Shown here: one piece after another, positions 52,161 through 64,000 of the stretch
Layout of the letters: each line of letters starts with the position of its first letter
Numbering within the stretch: the stretch's first letter is position 1
From: Hemiscyllium ocellatum
Lineage: Eukaryota
Length of the DNA stretch: 64,000 nucleotides
Assembly (NCBI RefSeq): GCF_020745735.1
Contig: NC_083406.1
Coordinates: 41,290,255-41,354,254, forward strand
Reading direction: 5' to 3'
The notes under the pieces: model-generated
Seen by the model: only the letters and a program-made list of their open reading frames with translations
What the model was told of the DNA's origin: nothing
The model's database searches: none
Program-made: the position numbers and the translations under genes

Positions 52161-55019
52161 TTTCAGGAATGTTACTGAGAAGCTTTTCTAATCAAATGAA
52201 ATGTTCTGTATTTTTTTTGGCTTTGATCTCTGAACATTTTGAAATATTTTACCTTCTCCTGATCCAATTTGAAAATTGCCTTATTTAATTCTTTCTGAGT
52301 AATTTTGTTGATTTCTCTTACCAAAGCTTTTACTCTTCCAAGCAATTCATGAACAGCATGTTTGCAGTCCTTTTGATTGTTTATCTTTTTCTCTCCTCTA
52401 TTGATAACATTACACTTATCTGATAGTCAACCAGCATTAAATCATCTTCCTCAATTGTTTCCCTCAGAATAAAAATGAAACTCTCTACAATACACATCAA
52501 ATAGCAAATGCAATAAAGACAGATCCTATGGGTTATACAGAACATTTTAAAGATACAACAGTCCATTAAATTTTGTGAATGATTATGATCTCCACTTATG
52601 CCTTTCTGGTTTTGAAACTCCCTTTTAAATACTAATTCATCATAAACTGCCTCAATGACTGCTCCTGTTCTAGTTGAATGTCATGTTTTCCTGGGTCTAC
52701 TCCCCTCTTGAATCTCTCCAACACTTATTCAGAGGTATAACACCAGTTCTTCACTCATAGATAGCCCTATTCATTTAGTTTGGGTTTTTGACCCTGACCA
52801 TCAAACTTTCTCAATTACATTAAGCAAACACTGCAGGACTTATACCCAACTTTTTCAACTGTACTAAACCATTCTTTGTGCATAGTCTTCTTTCCACCTT
52901 TTAAACCTCATAGGACTTCTCTAATCTCTTATTATATAGTTCCTCCAGTCCTCTAGGATTTCCCTGAGTTCCAATGACAAAGAGCTCATAGAGTTCAATT
53001 GCCTTGAGCTCATAGTGGGCCTTGTTTAACATGGAATTTACTCAATGTACATCACATACTTGTCTCGCTGCCCTTCATCTTTGAATTCCTCTTCAGTGAT
53101 GCTGAACAGACCATGGATCAATTGTAATACTTGCAAGAAGTTCTGCCTTATTGCAAAGCAGAATTGAATGTAACTAAGATTTTGGACAGTGCAAAGTGGT
53201 GAACCCATAGAAGTCTCCACTCTTTCATTTACACCATTTTCTCAGAAACGCTGACTTACACACATTATATACAATAACAAAACAGTTTCCAACAAGGCAG
53301 TGGTTCAGAAAGGCATACATTCATGATATATTGACTCCAACCTCTCTACAGATGCCACATGGAGATTAGGATTTTGACTCTTGGTCTCAGAGAGAGAACA
53401 TACATCTGTTCCAGCTCACTAATATCCTAGTAATTATTTCTGTTCACGTGTTTTACTTAATACTCTTGTGCAGTAAACATTCTTGTAGACTAAAAACAAT
53501 ACCTCTTCTGTACAGTATAGATACTGTATGAGGATGTATCATTTACTATTATTCGTTCCATAGATCCGAGAAACAGCATAAACAAAACTTTCAAGAAATT
53601 GTTTCAAACCACTCTTACCCAGAGCCATATAGGGGTAGTTGTGTTAAATACCATACCTAGAATGATAATTTGGGTAAGTACCACACTTAGAAAGTGAAAT
53701 GGATTGACCATCACCAAGAGGATAAGAATTCCAGAACACCCAAAAGCAAAGAGAAAAAAGCAAATAAGATTTTGCCACCTTAAGAACACTGCTGCCTTAA
53801 GAAGATACTCAGTCAGTCACTGAAACACAATTAATATAAGAGAAGGAACAGTTGTGGAAACAGTAAACAGATAAGCTCAGCATTCCAAAGGCAAGACTTA
53901 TTTCAGAAGCTGGGAAAAAAAAATTGGAGTAGGTAAGTTTACTCAGAAAATAAAGTAAAGCCAACCACACTGAGAAAGTACAGCGATGTGAACAAAGGAG
54001 GTTCTGTAGGGAGAAACTGAAAGCTCCAGAGATAAAGTTAGAGGTCCCAAATGAAAAGGGGAATAAATTTATGAAACGTTATGCAAAAACTAGAAAGGGG
54101 GGGCAAGGGAATGTAAATTAAGAATGTTCACCTCTCACAATGAGCGCTGCTGCCATTGACATTCAGCTCCATGAGGCAGACCGACATGGTATAGTGAGAG
54201 GGCCAGAAAATAAATTTAGACCAGGCTGCACAATGGCAAAGGCCTCAGAATTCAGTTAAACTAAAAATGATAACAATTAGAGAGATAAAGTGAAAGAGTG
54301 TCGCAAAAGAAGATGTCAAACAATTGGAGATTAAAAAATACCGGGACTAATAATTCAGTCTTGATTTCAACGCAAGAATTTTTAAAAGCTGCAGCCAATG
54401 ATTTTAATTTACAAATTGTGAAAAAGCAGACAGTGTTTATTGTTTTAGAACTTGAAGGGTAGGTAAACATTGACTTTATTTGGAAAGAAGCAGGAAAACT
54501 GAATCCTGGCTACATGAGGTGAGGTAATAAGAAAAGAAATGGGGAATCATTATTTTTATTGTCAAAAGAGAAATAAATACTCTAAAAATATGGGAAAAAC
54601 CAGTGAACAGATTGAGAAATCTACATTTAATAAGACGGAATGTGTCATATTACCAAAGCCAGCTATTGTTACTTGACAAAGCTTAATTGAAGAATTCAAC
54701 TGAGTGCGATAGAAATTCAGAGTTAAGAAATTGGCAAATATAGAAAATACTACAATTGTGCTGTAGTGCTATGTCTAGTAAACTCTGCAGTCATTCACCT
54801 TGAAAGATCATTAATGCAGATACAAAGAAATATTGAAATGATACAGATTCTAATTACCTTTTTATGGTAAGAAGTGTTGTAAAGTCATTAAGGAGAAATG
54901 AAAAAAGAACAAATAATCCTTAACAAGTTTCAAGTTCAGAGACAGACCCTACAGAGCACAAACTGGACCTCATGAAGCAACTATCATATAAATACAGCAT
55001 TTCTGCAAAATGAAAAAAA

Positions 55020-56990
55020 TGATTTTATTCGCTCACTCGTCAGAATTTATTACCAGTCCGTAATTGCCCTTGAGCAGTTGTTGGTGAGCTGCATTCTTAA
55101 ATGCAGCAATCCACATGTCATAGGTTGACCCATAATGACCTTAGGGGGGGAATTTGAGAATTGTATCCCAAGACAGTGAAGAAACTGTGATATATTTCCA
55201 AGTCACCATGGTGAGTATCTTGGAGTTGAACTTGGAGGTAGTGGTCTTTCAGGATATAAGTGGTTGTGGGTTTAGAAGACACTGCCTGAGAACCTTTGGT
55301 GGTTTTCTGCAGTGCATAGTGTACATAGTTCACATTGATGTGATTGAGCTTAATGATGGAAGGAGTGGATGTTATGGATGTGGTACCTATGAAGTGGGTT
55401 GCCCACTCCTAGCTTGTACCTTGTAGATAGTGGACGGGTGTTGGGGAGTCAGGAGGTGAGTTAGTTGCCACAGTATTCTTAGCCTCTGACCAACTCTTAG
55501 AGCCACGGTGTTTGTGGTAAATCAAGTTGAGTTTGGAGTCAATGGCAACCCCTCAAGATATTAATCGTGGCGGATTCAGTGATGGTAATACCATTGAAAG
55601 TCAATGGGTGGTGTTAGATTTCCTCTTATTAGAGATGGTCATTGCCTGCTATTTATGTGGCATGAATGTTACTTGCCACTTGTCAACCCAAGCCTGGATA
55701 TTGTCCAGATCTTACTACAGTTGAACATGGACTGATTCAGTATCTGATGAGTAATGAATGATACTGAACATTGTGCAATCATCAGTGGACATCACCACTT
55801 CTGATCTTATAATGGAAGGAAAGCCTTTGCTGAAGTGGCTGGTATGGTTGGACGTAGGACACTGCCCTGAGGAACTTGTGCAGAGATGTCTTGGAGCTGA
55901 GGTGACTGACTTCCATCAACCACAATCATCTTCTGATGTGTCAAGTATGACTTTCATCAACAGAGTGTTTTCCCCTGATACCCAATGATTCCAGTTTTGC
56001 TCAGGATCTTTGATACCTCACTAAATCAAAGTTAAAAATCACACAACCAACTTTGTACACCCCAGTCCAACACTGGCATCTCCAACTCATCACTTAATCA
56101 AATCAGCCTTGATGTCAAGGGCTGTCAATTTCACTTCACCTCTGGAATTCAGCTCTTTTGTCCATGTTTGGACCAAGACTATAATGAGGTTAGCAGCTGA
56201 GTGGCCCTGGCGAAACATAAATTCAGTATCACTGAGCAGATGCTGCTCGATAGCACTGTTGATGATACCTTCCATCACTTTACTGATTTAAACTGATCAG
56301 TGGTAATTGGCAGGGTTAGATTGAGCTTGCTTTTTATGTACAATACATATCTGGGCAGTTTTCCACAAAAATTGGGTAGAAGCCAGTGTTGTAAATGTAC
56401 TAGAACAGCTTGGCTTAGGGAATGGCATGTTCTGAATTACGAGTCTTCAGTATTATTGCAGGAATGTTGTCAGGGCCAAAGCCTTTGCAGTAACCAGGGT
56501 ATCCAATAATTTCTTGATATTATGTGGAGTGAGTCAAATTTACTGAAGACTCATATCTGTGATGCTGAGGACCACTTGCGGAGGCCATGCTGGATCATCC
56601 ATTCAGCACATCTGGCTGAAGATTGTTGCAACTGCTTCTTTGCCCATGTTTAACATGATATTATAAAACTTCGCGAGTTTTGGAGTCAATGTTGAGGAAT
56701 CCCAGAAAAACTCCTTCCCAACTGTACATCACTGTGCTGCCATCTCTGCTGGGTCTGTCCTGTCACTGGGTTAGGATAAATTCAGAGATGGTGATGGTGG
56801 TGTCTGGGAAATCGCAAATTATGACTCATGGGTATGGATATGTTTGACTAATCCGTGAGACTTAGGTCCCAATTTTGTCCTTAGTCCCTAAATGTTTGTA
56901 AGGAGAACTGTGCAAGCTTGACAGGACTGTTTCTGCCATTGTCTTTTCCTGTGCCTAGGCTGATGCTAGATGGTCTGTCCAGTTTAATTA
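55020..56990 (-). mobile_element. Second-family CR1/L2-group LINE, long fragment
   Basis: ORF 56090..56278 FRQGHSAANLI...WTKELNSRGEVKLTALDIKA; colinear with 36860-39430. Confidence 0.85.
56031..56089. mobile_element. 59-bp Penelope terminal-repeat insertion with internal inversion and 13-bp TSD
   Basis: gttaaaaatcacacaac (minus) joined to aactttgtacaccccagtccaacactggcatctccaa (plus); flanks tcactaaatcaaa and tcacttaatcaaa. Confidence 0.8.
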
Positions 56991-57439
56991 CATAAGTAGG
57001 CATAGTTACAATGCTGTAGAAATGAAATTCAATGTAGTAGCACAATCTTCTCTAGAAAAAGGAGAAATAAGTCATCCTAACGATCTGGGTTTCACACAAC
57101 ATGTCTATGTCAAATGATACCTGTTAAATTTATACTTGATGGAAGTGCTGAAAGTCATTTTTCTTTAAAAATATTGTTCTGGCTGAAGAAGTAAAAGCTA
57201 CATTCAAAACATGAGTCAACACAGTGTAGATGAACTAACTGTCAAGAGCACAGCCATGATGCAATTACACTGCAACATAAGGAGAGTAAAACAATTGAAA
57301 ATGTTTAAAAAGTTTGTAGTCAACAGTCCTCACTCATGGTTGAACTCAAAAAGAATGTGTTTATTCCTATAATAGCAAAAAAGAAATGTTTTGTATGCTC
57401 TCAAAAAAAGTAACCATGCAAAACAAAAGGAAAACTTCA

Positions 57440-59153
57440 TCATAGAACATAGAACACAGAACAGTACAGCACAGAACAGGCCCCTCAGCCCACGATGTTG
57501 TGCCGACCACTGATCCTCATATGCACTCTCAAATTTCTGTGACCATATGCATGTCCAGTAGTCTCCTAAATGTCCTCAATGACCTTGCTTCCACAACTGC
57601 CACTGGCAACGCACTCCATGCTCTCACAACTCTCTGTGTAAAGAACCTGCCTCTGACATCCCCTCTATACTTTCCTCCAACCAGCTTAAAACTATGACCC
57701 CTCGTGTTAGTCATTTCTGCCCTGGGAAATAGTCTCTGGCTATCGACTTTATCTATGCCTCTTATTATCTTGTATACCTCAATTAGGTCACCTCTCCTCC
57801 TCCTTTTCTCCAATGAAAAATGTCCGAGCTCAGTCAACCTCTCTTCATAAGATAAGCCCTCCAGTCCAGGCAGCATCCTGGTAAACCTCCTCTGAACCCT
57901 CTCCAAAGCATCCACATCTTTCCTATAATAGGACGACCAGAACTGGACGCAGTATTCCAAGTGTGGTCTAACCAAAGTTTTATAGAGCTGCAACAAGATC
58001 TCATGACTCTTAAACTCAATCCCCCTGTTAATGAAAGCCAAAACACCATATGCTTGCTTAACAACCCTGTCCACTTGGGTGGCCATTTTAAGGGATCTAT
58101 GTACCTGCACACCAAGATCCCTCTGTTCCTCCACACTGCCAAATATCCTATCCTTAATCCTGTACTCAGCTTTCAAATTCGACCTTCCAAAATGCATCAT
58201 CTCGCATTTATCCAGGTTGAACTCCATCTGCCACCTCTCAGCCCATCTCTGCATCCTGTCAATGTCCCGCTGCAGCCTACAACAGCCCTCTATACTGTCA
58301 ACGACACCTCCAACCTTTGTGTCATCTGCAAACTTGCTGATGCATCCTTCAATTCCCTCATCCAAGTCATCAATAAAACCAACAATAGAGGCCCAAGGAC
58401 AGAGCCCCGTGGAACACCACTCACCACAGACTTCCAGGCAGAATATTTTCCTTCTACTACCACTCGCTGTCTTCTGTTGGCCAGCCAATTCTGTATCCAG
58501 ACAGCTAAGTTCCCCTGTATCCCACTCCTCCTGACCTTCTGAATGAGCCTATCATGGGGAACCTTATCAAATACCTTGCTGAAGTCCATATACACCACAT
58601 CCACAGCTCGACCCTCATTAACCTTTCTAGTCACATCCTTAAAGAACTCGATAAGGTTTGTGAGGCATGATCTGCCCCTCACAAAGCCATGTCGACTGCA
58701 TTTAATTAAGCCATGCTCTTCCAGATGGCCATAAATCCTATCACTCAGAATCCTTTCTAACACCTTGCAGATAACAGACGTGAGACTTACTGGTCTGTAA
58801 TTGCCAGGGATTTCCCTAGTTCCTTCCTTGAAGAGAGGAATTACATTTGCCTCTCTCCAGTCCTCAGGTACGACTCCAGTGGAGAGCAAGGATGCAAAGA
58901 TCTTTGCAAGTGGCGAAGCAATCGCGTTTCTCATTTCCCAAAGCAGCCGAGGACAAATCTGATCCGGGCCTGGCAACTTGTCAATCTTAATGTTTGACAA
59001 AATTTTCAGCACATCAGCTTCCTCTATCTCTATCCATTCCAGCATGCACACCTGCTCTTCAAAGGTTTCATTCACTACAAAGTTTGTTTCTTTCGTAAAG
59101 ACAGAAGCAAAAAAACTCATTTATGGCTTCCTCTACCTCCTCAGACTCCACAC
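57440..59153 (-). mobile_element. Young 5'-truncated CR1 LINE, RT domain with a single frameshift
   Basis: ORFs 58290..59120 and 57529..58488 join at GSVLGPLL/FIDDLDEG; PGNYRPVSLTS, DFSKVFDKVPH, FADDTK, YKTLVRPHLEYCVQFW; tagaaca tail. Confidence 0.97.
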
Positions 59154-60863
59154 ACTCCATATTTATGACAAGATTGAAAGGATAACCAAGGTTGTGGTTC
59201 CATTCACCTATATAATGTTCAAAGATGGCCAGTCTAAAATTCCACAGAGTCCATTCAGAACACACACTTTGAGCACCAACAGTCTTTGACAATCTTGGAT
59301 GATTTTCTAGTGCATGATAACAAACTAATTAAGTTGTATTGGAAAGGGTGCAATGGGAACACTTCATCATTTCCAGACATACGGCCAGAGCTCACTCAGG
59401 GTATGGAGGTCAGAGATCCCAAAAGAGATTGAAGATCTCCAATATCACTGTGAAGTCTGCACTTTTACAGAATTGTAAAGGTCAAATAATATGCCTGTCA
59501 ATGCTGCAAGCAGATCAGAAACTAAAATTCATCAAAATCTGTGAAGAGAAACAAATACCACAAACAAGAGTGAACAACACAACTATTCTTTGTCCATTCA
59601 GCAATCTTTAACTCATTGTCGTCGGACAAATGAGTGGTTCAGTGCTCACAACAAATATCATGATGGATAAGTAACAGCCTTCCTGAAATATGATCATTAA
59701 TCTGAATTTCATCCATAAAGAACCACAATGGAGAATTGAAGCCATCTAGCTTGATCTCAAGGGAGATAAGTTGTGTGTGATTTCATAGGAGACAGACTGA
59801 TGTCCACAATCAAGAAGAAGAAAATGCCTGATCTAAGGATCCAGGATACTTCAACAAAAGAGGTTACCTCTTTTAAATGAAATGTTATTTCATGATCCAC
59901 CAAACTATAAGGAAGAAAGTACTTGTTTCAACAGATCAGCTATCTTCTATGATGGATGATCACAAAACTAATAGTGCTCCAAAAGATGTTATTTGTCAAC
60001 TTCATGAGTTAACAGAGAAGAAAAATTCTGCCAAGAAACTTTTGAATTTTAAGAGTCCTCCGCAGAAAGGAATAGTTTACATCTTTATCTTTTGATCCAG
60101 TACAAATGCCCAAGCATCTCTCATGTTATCATTCACCACCCCTCCCATAAACAACTCCACAAACTCTGCATAGTTCAATTGTTCAGGTTTACTTTTGTAT
60201 CCCATTTAATATACTTCTTACCTCACCATTCAGGTGATTTAACAAAAATATATTTTAAGTTTCTGACTGTATGAATTTAGAATAAGGATAATAGCATATC
60301 TAGGAGCCTCACGAGTGACGCTAATCATAGAATCACAGAACTGTTACAGCCCATTTTGTCTACTTGAGATGTCCAAATGAATATCCCACTTAGTGCCATA
60401 GTCATACCTTTTCCCCATAATCCTATAAATTTGGCAGAATCTTCCGAACCCTAAATGGTGTAACCATTGCTGAGACAGTTGGGAAAATAAACTAAGATTA
60501 GCAGGAATGAAATTCTTGAATCAAGAGGAAAAAGTCCAATTGTCCAACCAAATACTGATCACCAAGACAAGAACCTTACCGGTGAGAAGTAAGGTGTTCC
60601 ATGCAGTAGTATGCCATTATTACTGAATCACATCTCAGTTATATGCCATTTATTTTCTCACCCATTGGATAGAATTTAGATGGTGACAATTCTTAACATG
60701 AAAGGTGACAATTCTCAACAGAAAGGGATGGTACCTAGTGACTGCAGCTCCCTGCTTGCTCCTCCTGGTCTTCACCATGGGCAGCAGTCCCCAATATTTC
60801 TGAACACACTTCACAGAGAATGCTGGCTCAAGCTCCCATTGAAAGATATTGGTCTTGGACATG

Positions 60864-63209
60864 TATAAGTAGTTCTCTTGTAACAAAGTAATTGCATTCC
60901 AGTGAAACCTTCTGTAATAGAAAATCACTTAATAGAAATAATGGGACCTATGGGAAAAGTGGGATATGGGGAAGACCAGCAAAAAACATCACTCACAATC
61001 GCTCAAAAATCACCCATAGTCTAACATAAAGTATAGCACAGCCTGAACGAAGGTTGAAATCATATTTATTAATGAAACAAAGGAAAATTTAACACAATGA
61101 ATTGAAAACATATTTTTAATGCAGGGACAGAAGGTCATCATCATGATCATCAACCCCTTCAGGTGCAGTTGTGGTTGCACACATGGATGGCTGTGGTCTT
61201 CTGGATGTTTCTTGGCGGTTGGTTGAAACAACACATCCAATTTTTGCTGCTTTTTCCTTTTTCTTTTGTCTTGAAGAAGCTGTTCATAAGGAGCCAGATG
61301 ATATGTTATTGAAGGAACTGTTATCCTGCTGTATTCTGTGTTGTAATTGTTGTCCTCTAAGAACAGCAACTGTCTCTCAATTTCCCTCAGGATAGAAGGC
61401 AAAAGAGAAGTGAAAAGCTCTTCTGGTGCCACATCGCGGACTTTGTCTTTTTCACCTCTAGCTTCCACTTCCTCCTCAGTGACAAACTGTTGTAGATCAG
61501 CTGGAGAGAGGTTTTCACAGTGGAACTCAAGCAGTTCTTCAATACCCTCACTTTCCACTTCTTCAAAGTCAACCTGCTCTCTTATTTTTGACAGTTCCTC
61601 TGACAGTGCACATCCTTTAAAATCTTGAAAATAATCCGGAAGATGCTGCCACCAAACTGCATGCAGGCAGTCCTTGCTGACATCACCACAGGCCCCCACA
61701 ATAATATAAATAGCATTCTTGATGTTAAAGCTCTTCCAAAATTGAAGAACACTGTCCTTATTATCCCCAACAGTATCCTCTTGAAACTGTGTCTTAAATA
61801 ATAAGCTTTAAAAGCTGATATTACACCCTGGTCCATGGGCTGAATGAGAGAGGTTGCATTTTGAGGTAGAAATAGCACTTTGATGGTTTCAGAAAGCTCA
61901 CCAATGGTGGCAGGATTGTTTGGCACATTATCCAGGATGAGGAGAGCCTTGAAATCCATTTTTTTATTGTCTGCAATACTGTCTAAAAACATCTTCCAAA
62001 ACATCAGCAATAAGGTCAGAAAAAACTTTCCCATCATCCAACCTTCATTGCTTGACCTGAAACAAACACATAGAGTAGACTTAAGGTAACCCGTCAAGGC
62101 TCGCACGTTGGCAGAGTGGAACACCACCACAGGTATTGGCACCCAATAGCAAAGTGATAGGATTGTTTGCTACCTTAAAGCCTGGAGCATGTGCTTCATT
62201 CTTAGTTATGTAGGTTCTTGCTGACAGTCACATCCAGTATTAATCTGTCTCATCCAACTTGAAAATTTGATCCAAAGTGTAACCTTCTTCATCTTTTTTT
62301 TTGGTATGGGAGGAAATGCCAGCACAGGCTCCTCATCAGCACAGGCAGAATCACCAAGTAACTATGTCATGAAATGCACACCAGTTCATAAAACCTGCAG
62401 ACTACTCACTGACAGCACTAAAGCAGGCACATCTGCAGAGTTTTGAGCATTTTTTCTTTACATTGTCATGAATGGATGAAGATTTCTCTCTTATGGAGAA
62501 AAAGGTTGTCTCAGATTGCTTTTTTGTTTGATCTTCTGTCAAAACTTAGAAGCCTTTCCATCTGCTCAAGTTCCTTTAGCCATGATCTCACAGAATTGCT
62601 GGCACTCAAATGTGTTCCAGCAATATAGCTTGCTTTAATCTTTTCAGTGTTGCCTGTAATGGTGTGTAAGGTAGACTCCCTTATGTGAGCTACATGACAT
62701 GATTCTCTCCTTATGCTCAAAATGCTTTATAACATCTGGCTTCTCTTCCAGTGTTATAGCCTTTATTTTGCAGTCACTACCTGCAATGTTATCACCAAGA
62801 TGCTTCTTGCTAACATTCTTGTCACTATGGCCCTCCACTAGGAGTAGATTGTGTCACATGCAGGTACAATAACAAATTATAAAGGCAAATGGTACGTATA
62901 AGAAGGACGTGATCCTGCAGGAATTATACAGGGTATATACAGGAATTATACAAGAGGGAGAGCAATGAGCATTCATTAGTTTAATTTTTGAGATGAAGCT
63001 GCTCAATGTATAGTACTGTACCTTTTATATGCTCTGATGGTAGCTGATGGCAGTGCATGTGCAGAACGAAGTGTGTGAAACAATTGCTGCTGGAATTGCG
63101 CTATTATGAACAGAGGTAAACATTCTTGAAAATACCGTTCCCTAATTCTTCAGCAATGTTATAGCCAAATCCTGCAGCTGAGACGTACTTTAGGCAAGAA
63201 TCACCGGTA
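60864..63209 (-). mobile_element. Tigger/pogo (Tc1-mariner superfamily) DNA transposon, near full length, decayed transposase
   Basis: N-terminal HTH KAITLEEKPDVIKHFE...ESTLHTI, GYTLDQIFKLDET, APGFKVA, KALLILDN, FLPQNATSLIQPMDQGVISAFKAYY, acidic tail ending KQQKLDVLF; degenerate TIRs with TA flanks. Confidence 0.9.
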
Positions 63210-63227
63210 CCTGCCTCATTGCACTCT

Positions 63228-63565
63228 CATGGGATACAGAGTTGTACAGTCATAGAACACGGAAACAGACCCTTTGATCCAAAATGCTGAAAATAATCCC
63301 AATCTAAATTAATCCTATCTGCCTGCTTTTGGCCCATATCCCTCCAAACCTTGCTGATTCCTGTGCTCATCCAAATGTCTTTTACATGTTATAATTGTAC
63401 CCACTTCCTCCACTTCATTGGGAAATTCACTCTACACATACTTTCGCCATGGGTAACATTTTAGGACCATGCAGTTATGTGAGGAGGGTCATAGAGTTAT
63501 ACAGTGCGGAAACAGAACTTTCAGTGCAACTATTCCACTGCAATCATGTTCCCAAACTAAACAGA
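63228..63565 (-). mobile_element. Two short CR1 3' tails (another starts at about 63895)
   Basis: catagaacacggaaacagaccc and tcatagagttatacagtgcggaaacag tails. Confidence 0.7.
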
Positions 63566-63852
63566 TGACACAGTTGCTCAGTGGTTAGCACTGCTGCCTT
63601 ACGGCACCAGGGACATGGGTTTGATTCCAGCCTCAGGGAACTGCCTGTGTGAAGTTTGCACTTTCTCTCTGCATCTGCATGGGTTTCCTTCGGGTGCTCT
63701 GGTTTCCTCCCACAATTCAGAAGATGTGCAGGTTGGAGGAATTGGTTATGCTAACTTGTTCAGGGAGATATAGGTTAGGTGCATTAGTTGAGTTGAATGG
63801 GTCTGGGTGGGTTATTTCTTCGGAGAGTCATTGTGGACTTGTTGGGCCAATG
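63565..63852 (+). mobile_element. HE1-type V-SINE
   Basis: gctcagtggttagcactgctgcc...gggtgctctggtttcctcccac...gtggacttgttgggcc. Confidence 0.9.
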
Positions 63853-64000
63853 TGAAATGTGAACGAGTGCTAGTGGTGTAAGCCACAAACCCTGAGATCA
63901 TAGAATTCCTAAAATGCTAAAAGGGATAATTCTGAACTTTCAAAGAGCATCCCATCCAGTCTCAGCCCCCCTACTCTATCACTCCATATTTACCATAGCA

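Noticed and set aside
57961-58542. Long plus-strand ORFs (193 and 167 aa)
   Set aside because: Antisense shadows of the CR1 RT
61010-62142. Possible host TIGD (domesticated Tigger) gene
   Set aside because: Multiple stops and frameshifts, with TIR remnants retained; this is a decayed transposon

Overview
AT-rich eukaryotic genomic DNA, almost certainly from an elasmobranch (shark or ray), judged from HE1-type V-SINEs and their CR1/HER1-type LINE partners. I recognise no host protein-coding exon, so the window reads as a repeat-dense large intron or intergenic tract. It holds about 20 CR1 LINE fragments, including one near-full-length copy with ORF1 esterase, APE and RT, and one young RT copy with a single frameshift. 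It also holds a second CR1/L2-group LINE family, old L2 and possible RTE relics, several tRNA-derived SINE families, a decayed Gypsy pol, solo-LTR-like segments, and a near-complete decayed Tigger/pogo transposon with a related MITE. The most notable signal is a Penelope-like element (GIY-YIG endonuclease, 12-bp target-site duplication) together with about nine short PLE-type fragments. These carry minimal hammerhead-ribozyme motifs (CTGATGA-stemII-GAAA, palindromic stem III) of at least two families, and several have 12-18 bp TSDs or inverted structure. All coordinates were read by eye, and family names come from motif recognition, not database searches.
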